Below are positions 1 through 8,005 of a stretch of 64,000 bases of DNA, piece after piece. Origin of the DNA: Dehalococcoidales bacterium (GTDB taxonomy: Bacteria > Chloroflexota > Dehalococcoidia > Dehalococcoidales > BS750m-G39); NCBI GenBank assembly GCA_034419075.1, contig DAOULR010000007.1, forward strand, positions 802-64,801. The letters are read 5' to 3'. Each line of letters starts with the position of its first letter. Within the stretch, counting starts at the first letter, position 1. The notes below the pieces were generated by a model, which was given only the letters and a program-made list of their open reading frames with translations, was not told the origin of the DNA and did not search any database. A program made the position numbers and the translations under genes.

Positions 1-1
1 C

Positions 2-2497
2 TGCCCCAACTGTGGGCGGGAGATTACGGCGCAGACGGTGCAACAGATTGTCGACGCCGTCCAGAAAATCCCGGCTAAGAGCCGAATTATGATTCTGGCT
101 CCACTGATAAGCGACCGCAAGGGCGAATACCAGTCGGTTTTTGACGACCTGCGCAAGGCAGGTTACGTCCGCGTCCGCGTTGACGGCAAGATTCGCGAGC
201 TTTCCGAGGATATTCAACTCGATAAATACAAGAAACACTCCATCGCTGTGGTGGTGGATAGGCTGGTGATGGGGCAGAGCGACCAGAGCCGTATTGCCGA
301 CTCGGTGGAGACGGCGCTTAAACTGGGGGCGGGGGTGGTGCTGGTCGCCGTCGACGGCGGCGAGGAGCTGCTCTTCTCGGAGCACTTTGCCTGTGTCAAC
401 TGCGGCATCAGCCTGGGCGAGATTGCCCCCCGCACCTTCAGCTTCAACTCGCCTCACGGCGCCTGTCCTGCCTGTAGCGGACTGGGCTTCCGACTGGAGG
501 TCGACCCCGACCTGGTACTGAACAAAGAGCTTTCCGTCATGGAGGGGGCGATACGACCCTGGCAGTTCCACAACTGGTACCTGTGGCGGATAGAACCCCT
601 GGCCAGGAAGGGGGGCTTTTCCCTGAACACGCCAGTGAAAAACCTGAGTAAAGAGCACCTTAACCTTTTGCTCTACGGGGAAGGTAAAGAGACCCATTCA
701 TATCGCAACCGTTTCGGCAGGAAGGTGCGCATCTCCGACGGCTATGAGGGTATTATCCCCAACCTGGAGAGGCTCTACCGGGACACAGAATCGGAGCACT
801 CCCGCGCCAACATCGAGCGTTATATGGTGTCCAAGCCCTGCACGGCCTGCGAGGGCAAGCGGCTGAAACCGGAGTCGCTGGCGGTGACCGTCGGCGGCAA
901 GAACATCGTCGAGGTCAGCGCCATGTCGGTGGCTCAGGCATTGGATTGGGTAGGTGAGCTCGGCGCTGACGGCAAGAAGGCGGTGCTTAGTAAGCGGGAG
1001 CAGACGATTGCCCACCAGATTATCAAAGAAATTCAGTCGCGCCTCGGTTTTCTCAAAGATGTGGGGCTTGACTACCTTAACCTAGACCGCGCCTCGGCGA
1101 CGCTGGCCGGCGGTGAGGCGCAGCGCATACGATTAGCCACCCAGATTGGTAGTGGGCTGATGGGGGTGCTCTATATCTGCGACGAGCCGACCATAGGCCT
1201 GCACCCCGCCGATGACTTTCGCCTCATTGAGACCTTAAAACGCTTAAGGGACCTGGGCAACACCATAGTCGTTGTCGAGCACGACGAAGCCATGATGCGT
1301 GCCGCCGACCACATTATCGACATGGGGCCCGGGGCGGGTGAGCACGGGGGCTATATCGTCGCCACCGGCGCTATGGCTGATATTACGAAATGCGCCGAAT
1401 CGGTAACCGGCCAGTACCTGAGCGGCGTCAAAAGGATACCCTTACCCCCAAAGCGTCGCCCCGGCAACGGCGAGGAGATTGTCGTCAAGGGGGCGCGGCA
1501 GAATAACCTTAAAGATATCGACGTCCATGTCCCGCTGGGCCAGTTCGTCTGTGTCACCGGCGTCTCCGGCAGCGGCAAGAGCACGCTTATCGACGACATC
1601 CTCTACAAGAGGCTGGCGCAGCTCTTCTACCGCTCACGGGAGAGACCGGGCGAGTGCGATAATATAATCGGCACCGAGCATATCGATAAGGTGGTCAATA
1701 TCGACCAGTCGCCCATCGGGCGCACCCCCCGCAGCAACCCCGCCACCTATACCGGCACCTTCACCCCCATCCGTGAGCTTTTCGCCACTGTGCCCGAAGC
1801 CAGGATGAGGGGCTACAAGCCGGGGCGCTTCTCCTTCAACGTTAAGGGTGGGCGCTGCGAGGCCTGCCGCGGGGAGGGCTATATCCAGATTGAGATGCAG
1901 TTTTTGCCCGATGTCACCGTCGCCTGCGAGGTCTGCAAGGGCAAGCGCTATAACCGCGAGGCACTAGAGATAAGGTTTAAGGGTAAGAACATCGCCGAGG
2001 TGCTTGATATGACGGTGGAGCAGGCGCTGGCCTTCTTCGAACATTTTCCCAAGGTGAAGAATAAGCTGCAGACATTGCGGGATGTGGGTTTGGGCTATAT
2101 TCGCCTCGGCCAACCGGCGCCTACCTTATCCGGCGGCGAGGCGCAACGGGTGAAGCTGGCTACCGAATTGTCCAAACGCTCTACGGGGCAGACGCTCTAT
2201 ATTCTCGACGAGCCGACCACGGGGCTTGCCTTCGAGGACGTGGCCGCATTACTCAGAGTACTCCAGCGCCTGGTTGACGGCGGCAACAGCGTTGTGGTCA
2301 TCGAGCACCACCTGGACGTGATGAAGAACGCCGACCATATCATTGACCTGGGCCCGGGGGCGGGCGATGCGGGGGGCTATATCGTCGCCACCGGAACTCC
2401 TGAAGAGGTAGCCAAGGAAAAATCGTCGGCTACCGGACAGTACCTGGATAGGGTATTGCATCGGGGCAAGGATATAGAGTATGCTTTAAAAGGTTGA
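2..2497 (+). CDS. uvrA: Excinuclease ABC subunit A (UvrA), N-terminus cut by window edge
   Basis: Frame 2 is open from base 2 (CPNCGREITAQTVQQIV...) into the listed ORF 38..2497. Two LSGGEAQR ABC signatures, Walker A GVSGSGKST and several CxxC zinc modules (CVNCG, CPACSG, CEACRG, CEVCKG) fit UvrA. Confidence 0.95.
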   Translation, partial: CPNCGREITAQTVQQIVDAVQKIPAKSRIMILAPLISDRKGEYQSVFDDLRKAGYVRVRVDGKIRELSEDIQLDKYKKHSIAVVVDRLVMGQSDQSRIADSVETALKLGAGVVLVAVDGGEELLFSEHFACVNCGISLGEIAPRTFSFNSPHGACPACSGLGFRLEVDPDLVLNKELSVMEGAIRPWQFHNWYLWRIEPLARKGGFSLNTPVKNLSKEHLNLLLYGEGKETHSYRNRFGRKVRISDGYEGIIPNLERLYRDTESEHSRANIERYMVSKPCTACEGKRLKPESLAVTVGGKNIVEVSAMSVAQALDWVGELGADGKKAVLSKREQTIAHQIIKEIQSRLGFLKDVGLDYLNLDRASATLAGGEAQRIRLATQIGSGLMGVLYICDEPTIGLHPADDFRLIETLKRLRDLGNTIVVVEHDEAMMRAADHIIDMGPGAGEHGGYIVATGAMADITKCAESVTGQYLSGVKRIPLPPKRRPGNGEEIVVKGARQNNLKDIDVHVPLGQFVCVTGVSGSGKSTLIDDILYKRLAQLFYRSRERPGECDNIIGTEHIDKVVNIDQSPIGRTPRSNPATYTGTFTPIRELFATVPEARMRGYKPGRFSFNVKGGRCEACRGEGYIQIEMQFLPDVTVACEVCKGKRYNREALEIRFKGKNIAEVLDMTVEQALAFFEHFPKVKNKLQTLRDVGLGYIRLGQPAPTLSGGEAQRVKLATELSKRSTGQTLYILDEPTTGLAFEDVAALLRVLQRLVDGGNSVVVIEHHLDVMKNADHIIDLGPGAGDAGGYIVATGTPEEVAKEKSSATGQYLDRVLHRGKDIEYALKG

Positions 2498-2548
2498 GCT
2501 CCCTTTAAAAAAGGGTTGACTCTTCCTGCCCGGTAGTAAAGGAGACAG

Positions 2549-3100
2549 ATGACTCGAGACGATGCCCTTGACTCTATCGAAACCAACGTAGAGAACAGGA
2601 ACACCATCAAGCACATGCTGGCTACCGAGGCTATTATGCGCGCTCTGGCCAAACGCCTGGGTGAGGACGAGGAGGAGTGGGGGCTTACCGGGCTGCTGCA
2701 CGACATCGACATGGAGCTCACCGAGGGCGATATGAGCACCCACAGCAAGCTGGGCGCCGACCTGGTCAGGGAGATGGGGGCCAGCGAGGCCATGGCCCAC
2801 GCCATACTCTGCCACAACGAAGCCCACGGCATCCCCCGCGAGAGCAAATTGGATAAAGCCCTTTTTTGCGCTGACCCACTCACCGGACTGATAATCGCCG
2901 CCGCCCTGGTACGCCCCGATAAGAAACTGAGCAGCGTTGAGGCCAAATCGGTAAGGAAAAAGTTTAAGGAAAAGAGCTTTGCCGCCGGGGCTAACCGGGA
3001 GCAAATCGCCCTGTGCTCCGAGCTGGGTATTGAGCTTGACGAGTTTATCGAGCTGGGCCTGAAGGCGATGCAGGGTATCGCCGGCGACCTTGGCCTCTAG
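2549..3100 (+). CDS. HD-domain metal-dependent phosphohydrolase
   Basis: 183-aa ORF with aaggag SD upstream. HD motif LLHDIDM plus later His/Asp residues (CHNEAHG, CADPLTG) typical of the HD superfamily. Stop overlaps the sbcC stop convergently (ctag). Confidence 0.7.
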   Translation: MTRDDALDSIETNVENRNTIKHMLATEAIMRALAKRLGEDEEEWGLTGLLHDIDMELTEGDMSTHSKLGADLVREMGASEAMAHAILCHNEAHGIPRESKLDKALFCADPLTGLIIAAALVRPDKKLSSVEAKSVRKKFKEKSFAAGANREQIALCSELGIELDEFIELGLKAMQGIAGDLGL

Positions 3101-5670
3101 CTTATCTCCACTGTCGAGCCCTGCGCCGTTTTCACCACATTAATTCGGTTGGGGAAAGCGTCCCTGAGCTCCTCCATATGGGTGATAACCAGTATCTTGT
3201 CGAAGTCGTCCTGAATTGAGTTTATCGCCTCTTTCAATTTTTCGATTCCGGTGGTGTCCTGTGTGCCGAAGCCTTCGTCGATAATCAGGGTGGGGAGGGG
3301 GGCGCCCGCTCTGCGGGCTAAGAGCTTGGAGAGGGCGATGCGCACGGCAAAGTCAATGCGAAAGGCTTCGCCGCCGCTGAACATCTCGTAGTTTCGCTTG
3401 CCCAGCTCATCGCCGATATTGATATCCAGCGTCTCCACCGTCTCGCCCTTTCTGGTCCGGCGCTGGGTTTCCATCTCGACGTGCATGCGGTTGTCGGTCA
3501 TCCGTCCCAGCAGGCGGTTGGCTTCAGATTCGATTTCGGGCAGCGCCATCTCGATAATCAGCGCCTGTATCCCCTTTTTGCCGAAGGCTTCGGCCAGCTC
3601 TTTGTAGATTTTGGCCTCTTTCGAGGCTTGCCCCAGCTGCTTTTCCTTTTCTTTCTTCTTTAGCTCCAGCTCGGCGCAGCGTTCTAGCTTGGATTTAACG
3701 CCCCACATCAGTTCCTGGGCTTGCTTCTGCTTAGCTGACAGCGCCTGGTGCTCGCTTTCCGCCTGAGCCAGGTCGGTGTTTATTTGGGGCAGGGCTTCCA
3801 GCTCCTGGCTTAAAGCCTGCTCCTTTTTGGTGTCGGCTTCCAGCCTCTGGCGCAGTTCACCGCTGGCTTCTTCGGCTTTGGCCGCCGCTTCTTTTTCCTG
3901 GCTTAAGAGCCTGTCGGCTTCTTCCAGCTGGCGCTTGGGACCATCGTATTTTTCCAGCTCGGTAAGGCGCTGGCGTATTTGCTCGTGCTGTGGCGAGTCG
4001 TAGTCGAGCTTTTCCAGCTCTCCCTCGACCTGGGTTAACGCCCGCTGCTCCTCGGCGGCGAAGGCTTTAGTGGCCAGGTTTTGTTCAATCTCGCCGAGCT
4101 TCTCTCTAGCCTCATTCAGCTGCTTATCAGCGGCCTGGACCTCGCTGATGTTCTGGTTGAGCAGGCTGACTTTAGACTGCGCCGAGGCCTTGTCCTGATT
4201 CAGCCTTGTCTCCAGCGGCGCTATCTCGCCTTCCAGCGCCTCAAGCTCCTTTTTCTTACTGGCTAGTTTGGTCTGGTTTTCCTCCAATGACTTGGATTTG
4301 CTGTCTCTGTCGGCGGCGTAGTGGTCCTGAATATGTTTGAAACCCTCTTCGCCCAGCTCGGTGCCGCAAACTGGGCACCTGGCTTCCTCCTGTGTGGATA
4401 GGGTATCAATGTTTTTGGTTATCTCGGCTATCTCGTTTTCCAGGGTTTTCAGGTTGGACTCAAGGTAGTTTATCTGGGTGCGCAGCTCCTGGCTGGCCTG
4501 CTTTTTAGCTCCCAGCTCCTTTTCCTCTTCTGCCAGCTTCTGCAGGCTGGCTTGCGCCTGCTGTAGCTCGTTTTTAAGTTGGGGCAGCCTTGTCGACTTG
4601 GCTTCCAGCTCGGTAATCTGGCTCTGGGCCAGCTTGTGGTCGCTGATTAGAGCCGATTGCGCCCGCTCGATAGCCAGCTCCAGCTGGCTCTTTTTCTCCT
4701 TTAGCTTGACCAGCAGCCCCAGCTTTTGATTCAGCGCCTCGTTCTGCTTTCTGGCTTCAGTTAGCTGACCGTAGCCCCCTTCTATCTCCTTACGCTGGGC
4801 GATGACCGTTTCGTGCTCCTTGATTCGGGCCTGATATTGCTCAACTTCCTGCTGGCGGCGCTCTAATTCTCTTTTGGTGGCGGCGATGTGCTCCTCAAGC
4901 TGGGTGAGCTGCTGCTTTTTGTTCTCTAAAGCTTCTTTATCCTTTTTGAGCTTGGATAGTATGGTTTCGTGCTCGACTAGAGTCTTTTCCGCCTGCTCCA
5001 ACTCGGCTTTCGCCTGTTCTAGTTCGGCTTCGTAGCTTGGTTTCTGCGCCAGTTCCCGGTTGATTTCCTCTAACGTGCTTTCGAGCTGTCCGCCCTCTGC
5101 CTCCTGCTCTTTTGCCAGATCTTTGGCTCGCTGCTCAAGTTCGTCGTAGAAGGCCAGCCCCAGTATGTTGCTTAAGACCTCTTTGCGCTTGGTGGGCGGC
5201 TGGCGGGTGAATTCGTCGGCGTGGCCCTGCCTGAGGAAGGCGCTGTTGATGAAGGTGGCATAGTCCATGTGCAGTATGTTGATAATCTTCTGCTGGGTCT
5301 GGCTTATGCTGTCGGCGCTGATTGACTTAAAGCCGCCGTCACTGGCTATCTGGAGGTCGAGCAGGCTCTTGCCCGCCCTTTTCCCTTTGGGCTTGGCGTG
5401 TTTGCGGATGATGCGGTAGCCCTGCTTGTCCACGGTGAAGTCAAACTCCACCTCCATCTCGTTAAGGCCCTGATGGATGAGCGGGTCGTCGCTCTTGGAG
5501 GTGTTTCGGGTTCGGCCCCAGAGCGCCCAGGTCATGGCGTCGATGAGGGCTGACTTGCCATTGCCGTTGTCGCCCGAGATGCAGGCGGTGTGGATGCCGT
5601 TGAAGTAGAGCGGGGGCACGTTGTCCCGGTAGGGCATGAAGTTGCGCATGGACAGCTTGACGGGAATCAT
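3097..5670 (-). CDS. sbcC: SbcC/Rad50-family DNA repair ATPase
   Basis: 857 aa. Walker A GDNGNGKSALIDAMTWALWG and FLRQG motif. Long E/K/L/Q-rich coiled coil interrupted by a CPVCG zinc hook. C-terminal FSGGEAFR signature and LIIDEGFGTQD Walker B. Confidence 0.9.
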   Translation of the reverse strand: MIPVKLSMRNFMPYRDNVPPLYFNGIHTACISGDNGNGKSALIDAMTWALWGRTRNTSKSDDPLIHQGLNEMEVEFDFTVDKQGYRIIRKHAKPKGKRAGKSLLDLQIASDGGFKSISADSISQTQQKIINILHMDYATFINSAFLRQGHADEFTRQPPTKRKEVLSNILGLAFYDELEQRAKDLAKEQEAEGGQLESTLEEINRELAQKPSYEAELEQAKAELEQAEKTLVEHETILSKLKKDKEALENKKQQLTQLEEHIAATKRELERRQQEVEQYQARIKEHETVIAQRKEIEGGYGQLTEARKQNEALNQKLGLLVKLKEKKSQLELAIERAQSALISDHKLAQSQITELEAKSTRLPQLKNELQQAQASLQKLAEEEKELGAKKQASQELRTQINYLESNLKTLENEIAEITKNIDTLSTQEEARCPVCGTELGEEGFKHIQDHYAADRDSKSKSLEENQTKLASKKKELEALEGEIAPLETRLNQDKASAQSKVSLLNQNISEVQAADKQLNEAREKLGEIEQNLATKAFAAEEQRALTQVEGELEKLDYDSPQHEQIRQRLTELEKYDGPKRQLEEADRLLSQEKEAAAKAEEASGELRQRLEADTKKEQALSQELEALPQINTDLAQAESEHQALSAKQKQAQELMWGVKSKLERCAELELKKKEKEKQLGQASKEAKIYKELAEAFGKKGIQALIIEMALPEIESEANRLLGRMTDNRMHVEMETQRRTRKGETVETLDINIGDELGKRNYEMFSGGEAFRIDFAVRIALSKLLARRAGAPLPTLIIDEGFGTQDTTGIEKLKEAINSIQDDFDKILVITHMEELRDAFPNRINVVKTAQGSTVEIS

Positions 5671-5678
5671 TTGAGATT

Positions 5679-5687
5679 ATTTTAGCA
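5679..5687 (-). promoter_or_regulatory. Extended -10 box TGcTAAAAT, 8 nt upstream of sbcC ATG (candidate leaderless start)
   Basis: Minus-strand reading is ttgTGcTAAAATaatctcaaATG. No purine-rich SD lies between the box and the ATG. Confidence 0.4.
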
Positions 5688-5712
5688 CAAGTTGGGGGTG
5701 GATGGGTGGGGA

Positions 5713-5743
5713 GACAAAAAAAGAGGGGGCAAAGCCCCCTCTT
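5713..5743 (-). terminator. Rho-independent terminator after ABC permease gene
   Basis: 9-10 bp GC-rich stem (aagaggggg(c)/(g)ccccctctt, 5721..5743) followed on the minus strand by TTTTTTTG. It lies 29 nt past the permease stop. Confidence 0.65.
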
Positions 5744-5771
5744 AAACACCCCTTTTTAGGGGGGATTTCCT

Positions 5772-6554
5772 CTACTCCTGTCGGTTAAACGACCAGATAG
5801 CGGCGAAGAGCAGGATTAAGCCCAGAACTGAGACCAGCAACGCCGATTCCCAGATGGCCATGGTGTGGCCGAATATGGTTACACCGGCGGCCTGGGTGCC
5901 CAAAAAGATCTGGCGGATGGCGTCAATAGCGTAGGTGACGGGGTTAATCTTGGAAAGCACCTCCATCCAGACGGCCACTCCGCTGAGGGGGAAGAAGATG
6001 CCGGAGAGGAACATCATAGGGAAGATGACCAGTTGCATGGTAATCTGGAAACCCTGTTGGGAGCGCATGCGGGCGCCGATGAGCAGCCCCAGCGCCGACA
6101 GGGAAAGAGAGAGGATTATTATGAGTGGAATAAGCCCGAGCACTATTCCCCAGCTGAGAGAAACGCCCACGATAGGGGCCACTACCAGCATGATGAGCCC
6201 CTGCACAATGGCAATGCCGGCGGCGCCGACGGCCTTGCCCAGGAGTATACCGCTGCGGCTTAAGGGTGAGACCAGCACCTCTTTGAGGAAACCGAACTCT
6301 CTGTCCCAGACAATTGATACCCCCGACATTATCGAGGTCATCAGCACCGTCATGGCCAGGATACCAGGGTACATAAACTGGAGGTAATCCACCCCCGGCA
6401 TCATCTGGCCGATAAGCTTGCCGAAGCCGGCACCGAATATCACCAGGAACAGGATGGGCATACTGAAAGAGGAAATCATGCGCATCCGGTCCTGTATAAA
6501 GCGCAGGAACTCGCGGTAGGCAATTACCTGTATTGAATGAAAAAGCTTCGTCAT
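5772..6554 (-). CDS. ABC-2 type exporter permease
   Basis: 260 aa, about six hydrophobic helices. Lies 7 nt downstream of the ABC ATPase gene on the same strand. Confidence 0.8.
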   Translation of the reverse strand: MTKLFHSIQVIAYREFLRFIQDRMRMISSFSMPILFLVIFGAGFGKLIGQMMPGVDYLQFMYPGILAMTVLMTSIMSGVSIVWDREFGFLKEVLVSPLSRSGILLGKAVGAAGIAIVQGLIMLVVAPIVGVSLSWGIVLGLIPLIIILSLSLSALGLLIGARMRSQQGFQITMQLVIFPMMFLSGIFFPLSGVAVWMEVLSKINPVTYAIDAIRQIFLGTQAAGVTIFGHTMAIWESALLVSVLGLILLFAAIWSFNRQE

Positions 6555-6560
6555 TTTGCT

Positions 6561-7544
6561 TCAGTGACCTCTCATTCTCATATGTCTTTTGAACATCTGC
6601 TGCATCTGGTTTGCATCCTGGTCGCGGATGGCGCGACCGGTGAGCTTGAGGAAGACGTCTTCCAGCGTCGGCCGACGCAGACCGATAGAAACAAGACGTA
6701 TGGGAAAGCCGGAAACAAAGCCGGGCAGGAATTCCTCGCCATGGGGCACGGTGAATCTTATCGTCCCATTCTCCTGGCTCGGCTGGAGATTATATTGTTC
6801 TTTGAGCAGGCTTTCCGCCTTGTCGTTATCCTCGGTCTTTATGGTGACCACATCGCCGCCAATATCATCCTTGAGCTTGTCCGGCGTATCCAGTGCCACG
6901 ATGGCACCGTAGTCGATAACAGCGATGCGGTCGCAGTTCTCGGCCTCGTCCATGTAGTGCGTGGTCAGGAATATGGCCAGGTTTTCCCTTTTGCGCAGCT
7001 CCTTGATATGAGTCCAGATACGGCTCCGGGTCTGGGGGTCGAGCCCCAGGGTGGGTTCGTCTAGGAACAAAACCTTGGGGTGGTGCAGCAGACCGCGGGC
7101 AATCTCCAGACGGCGTTTCATGCCCCCGGAATAGGTGTCGATTTTTTCCTTCCTTCTGTCCCATAGCTCCACCATTTCGAGTAACGCCTTCATCCGCGGC
7201 TCCAGGGTTGCCCTGGGGATGCTGTAGGCATAGGCATGGAAACGCAGGTTCTGTTCCGCCGTCAGGTAGTCGTCCAGTGTCGCGTCCTGAAAGACCAGCC
7301 CGATAGAAGCCCGCACCTGGTCTCGCTCTTTGATGATGTTGAAGCCGTTGACGATGGCTTCCCCTTTGGTAGGGGCGAGCAGGGTGCAGAGTATGTTGAT
7401 AGTGGTCGTCTTGCCGGCGCCGTTCGGACCTAAGAAACCGAATATCTCGCCCGGCTGGACTTCGAAAGAGACATCTTTCACCGCCTCAAGCTTGCCGAAA
7501 TTTTTAAACAGGTTTTTGGCTTTAATTACTTCCATGCGTTTCAC
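6561..7544 (-). CDS. ABC transporter ATP-binding protein (DrrA/CcmA-like)
   Basis: Walker [10 protein letters not shown], signature [12 protein letters not shown], Walker [12 protein letters not shown]. An alternative ATG lies at 7535 (MEVIK...). Confidence 0.9.
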   Translation of the reverse strand: MKRMEVIKAKNLFKNFGKLEAVKDVSFEVQPGEIFGFLGPNGAGKTTTINILCTLLAPTKGEAIVNGFNIIKERDQVRASIGLVFQDATLDDYLTAEQNLRFHAYAYSIPRATLEPRMKALLEMVELWDRRKEKIDTYSGGMKRRLEIARGLLHHPKVLFLDEPTLGLDPQTRSRIWTHIKELRKRENLAIFLTTHYMDEAENCDRIAVIDYGAIVALDTPDKLKDDIGGDVVTIKTEDNDKAESLLKEQYNLQPSQENGTIRFTVPHGEEFLPGFVSGFPIRLVSIGLRRPTLEDVFLKLTGRAIRDQDANQMQQMFKRHMRMRGH

Positions 7545-7803
7545 CCTCTTCTTTCAGTGCCTCTCTCAGCTTCTCCAGGTTTTCAATCATGACGTTGGCC
7601 ATGTCGATAAACTCGGAGATGGTTTCGGCCTTGGTGAGCATAAGCCCGCCGCGTCGATGGTGGCCGAAGACGAGCAGCTTGGTCGATGGCGTTATCTTGA
7701 AATCGCGGCGTGCTTCGGCGGGTATGACCACCTGGCCGCGTTCGCCGACGGTGGTCGAGCCGTAGAATTTGGGGGCGCCGTGCTTTAAGGCATTACCTTT
7801 CAT
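7522..7803 (-). CDS. AbrB/MazE/SpoVT-family DNA-binding protein
   Basis: 93 aa. Swapped-hairpin motif VGERGQVVIPAEARRDFKI. SD agggagg upstream. 3' end overlaps the ABC ATPase start. Confidence 0.7.
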   Translation of the reverse strand: MKGNALKHGAPKFYGSTTVGERGQVVIPAEARRDFKITPSTKLLVFGHHRRGGLMLTKAETISEFIDMANVMIENLEKLREALKEEGETHGSN

Positions 7804-7836
7804 TTTGTTAGCCTCCCTAAAGGATATGATTAGTGG

Positions 7837-7866
7837 ATTGTATCATGTTTTTCATACTTCATTCAA
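7837..7866 (-). promoter_or_regulatory. Candidate sigma-70 promoter for abrB-like/ABC operon
   Basis: Minus strand reads TTGAAT-18 nt-TACAAT with TGa immediately upstream of the -10 (catGAtacaat context). Confidence 0.4.
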
Positions 7867-8005
7867 GTTGGTCTGTTTTCGGAGGTGACATCCCGTCGGG
7901 TAGGGTGGTAAACTGGGGGTAAATAGGGCCGCTAATAAAAATCATCATGCCTTAAGACTTTGAGGTTCGGTCAATAAAGTAGCTATGGTAAGGAGGAGAA
8001 TTGAG

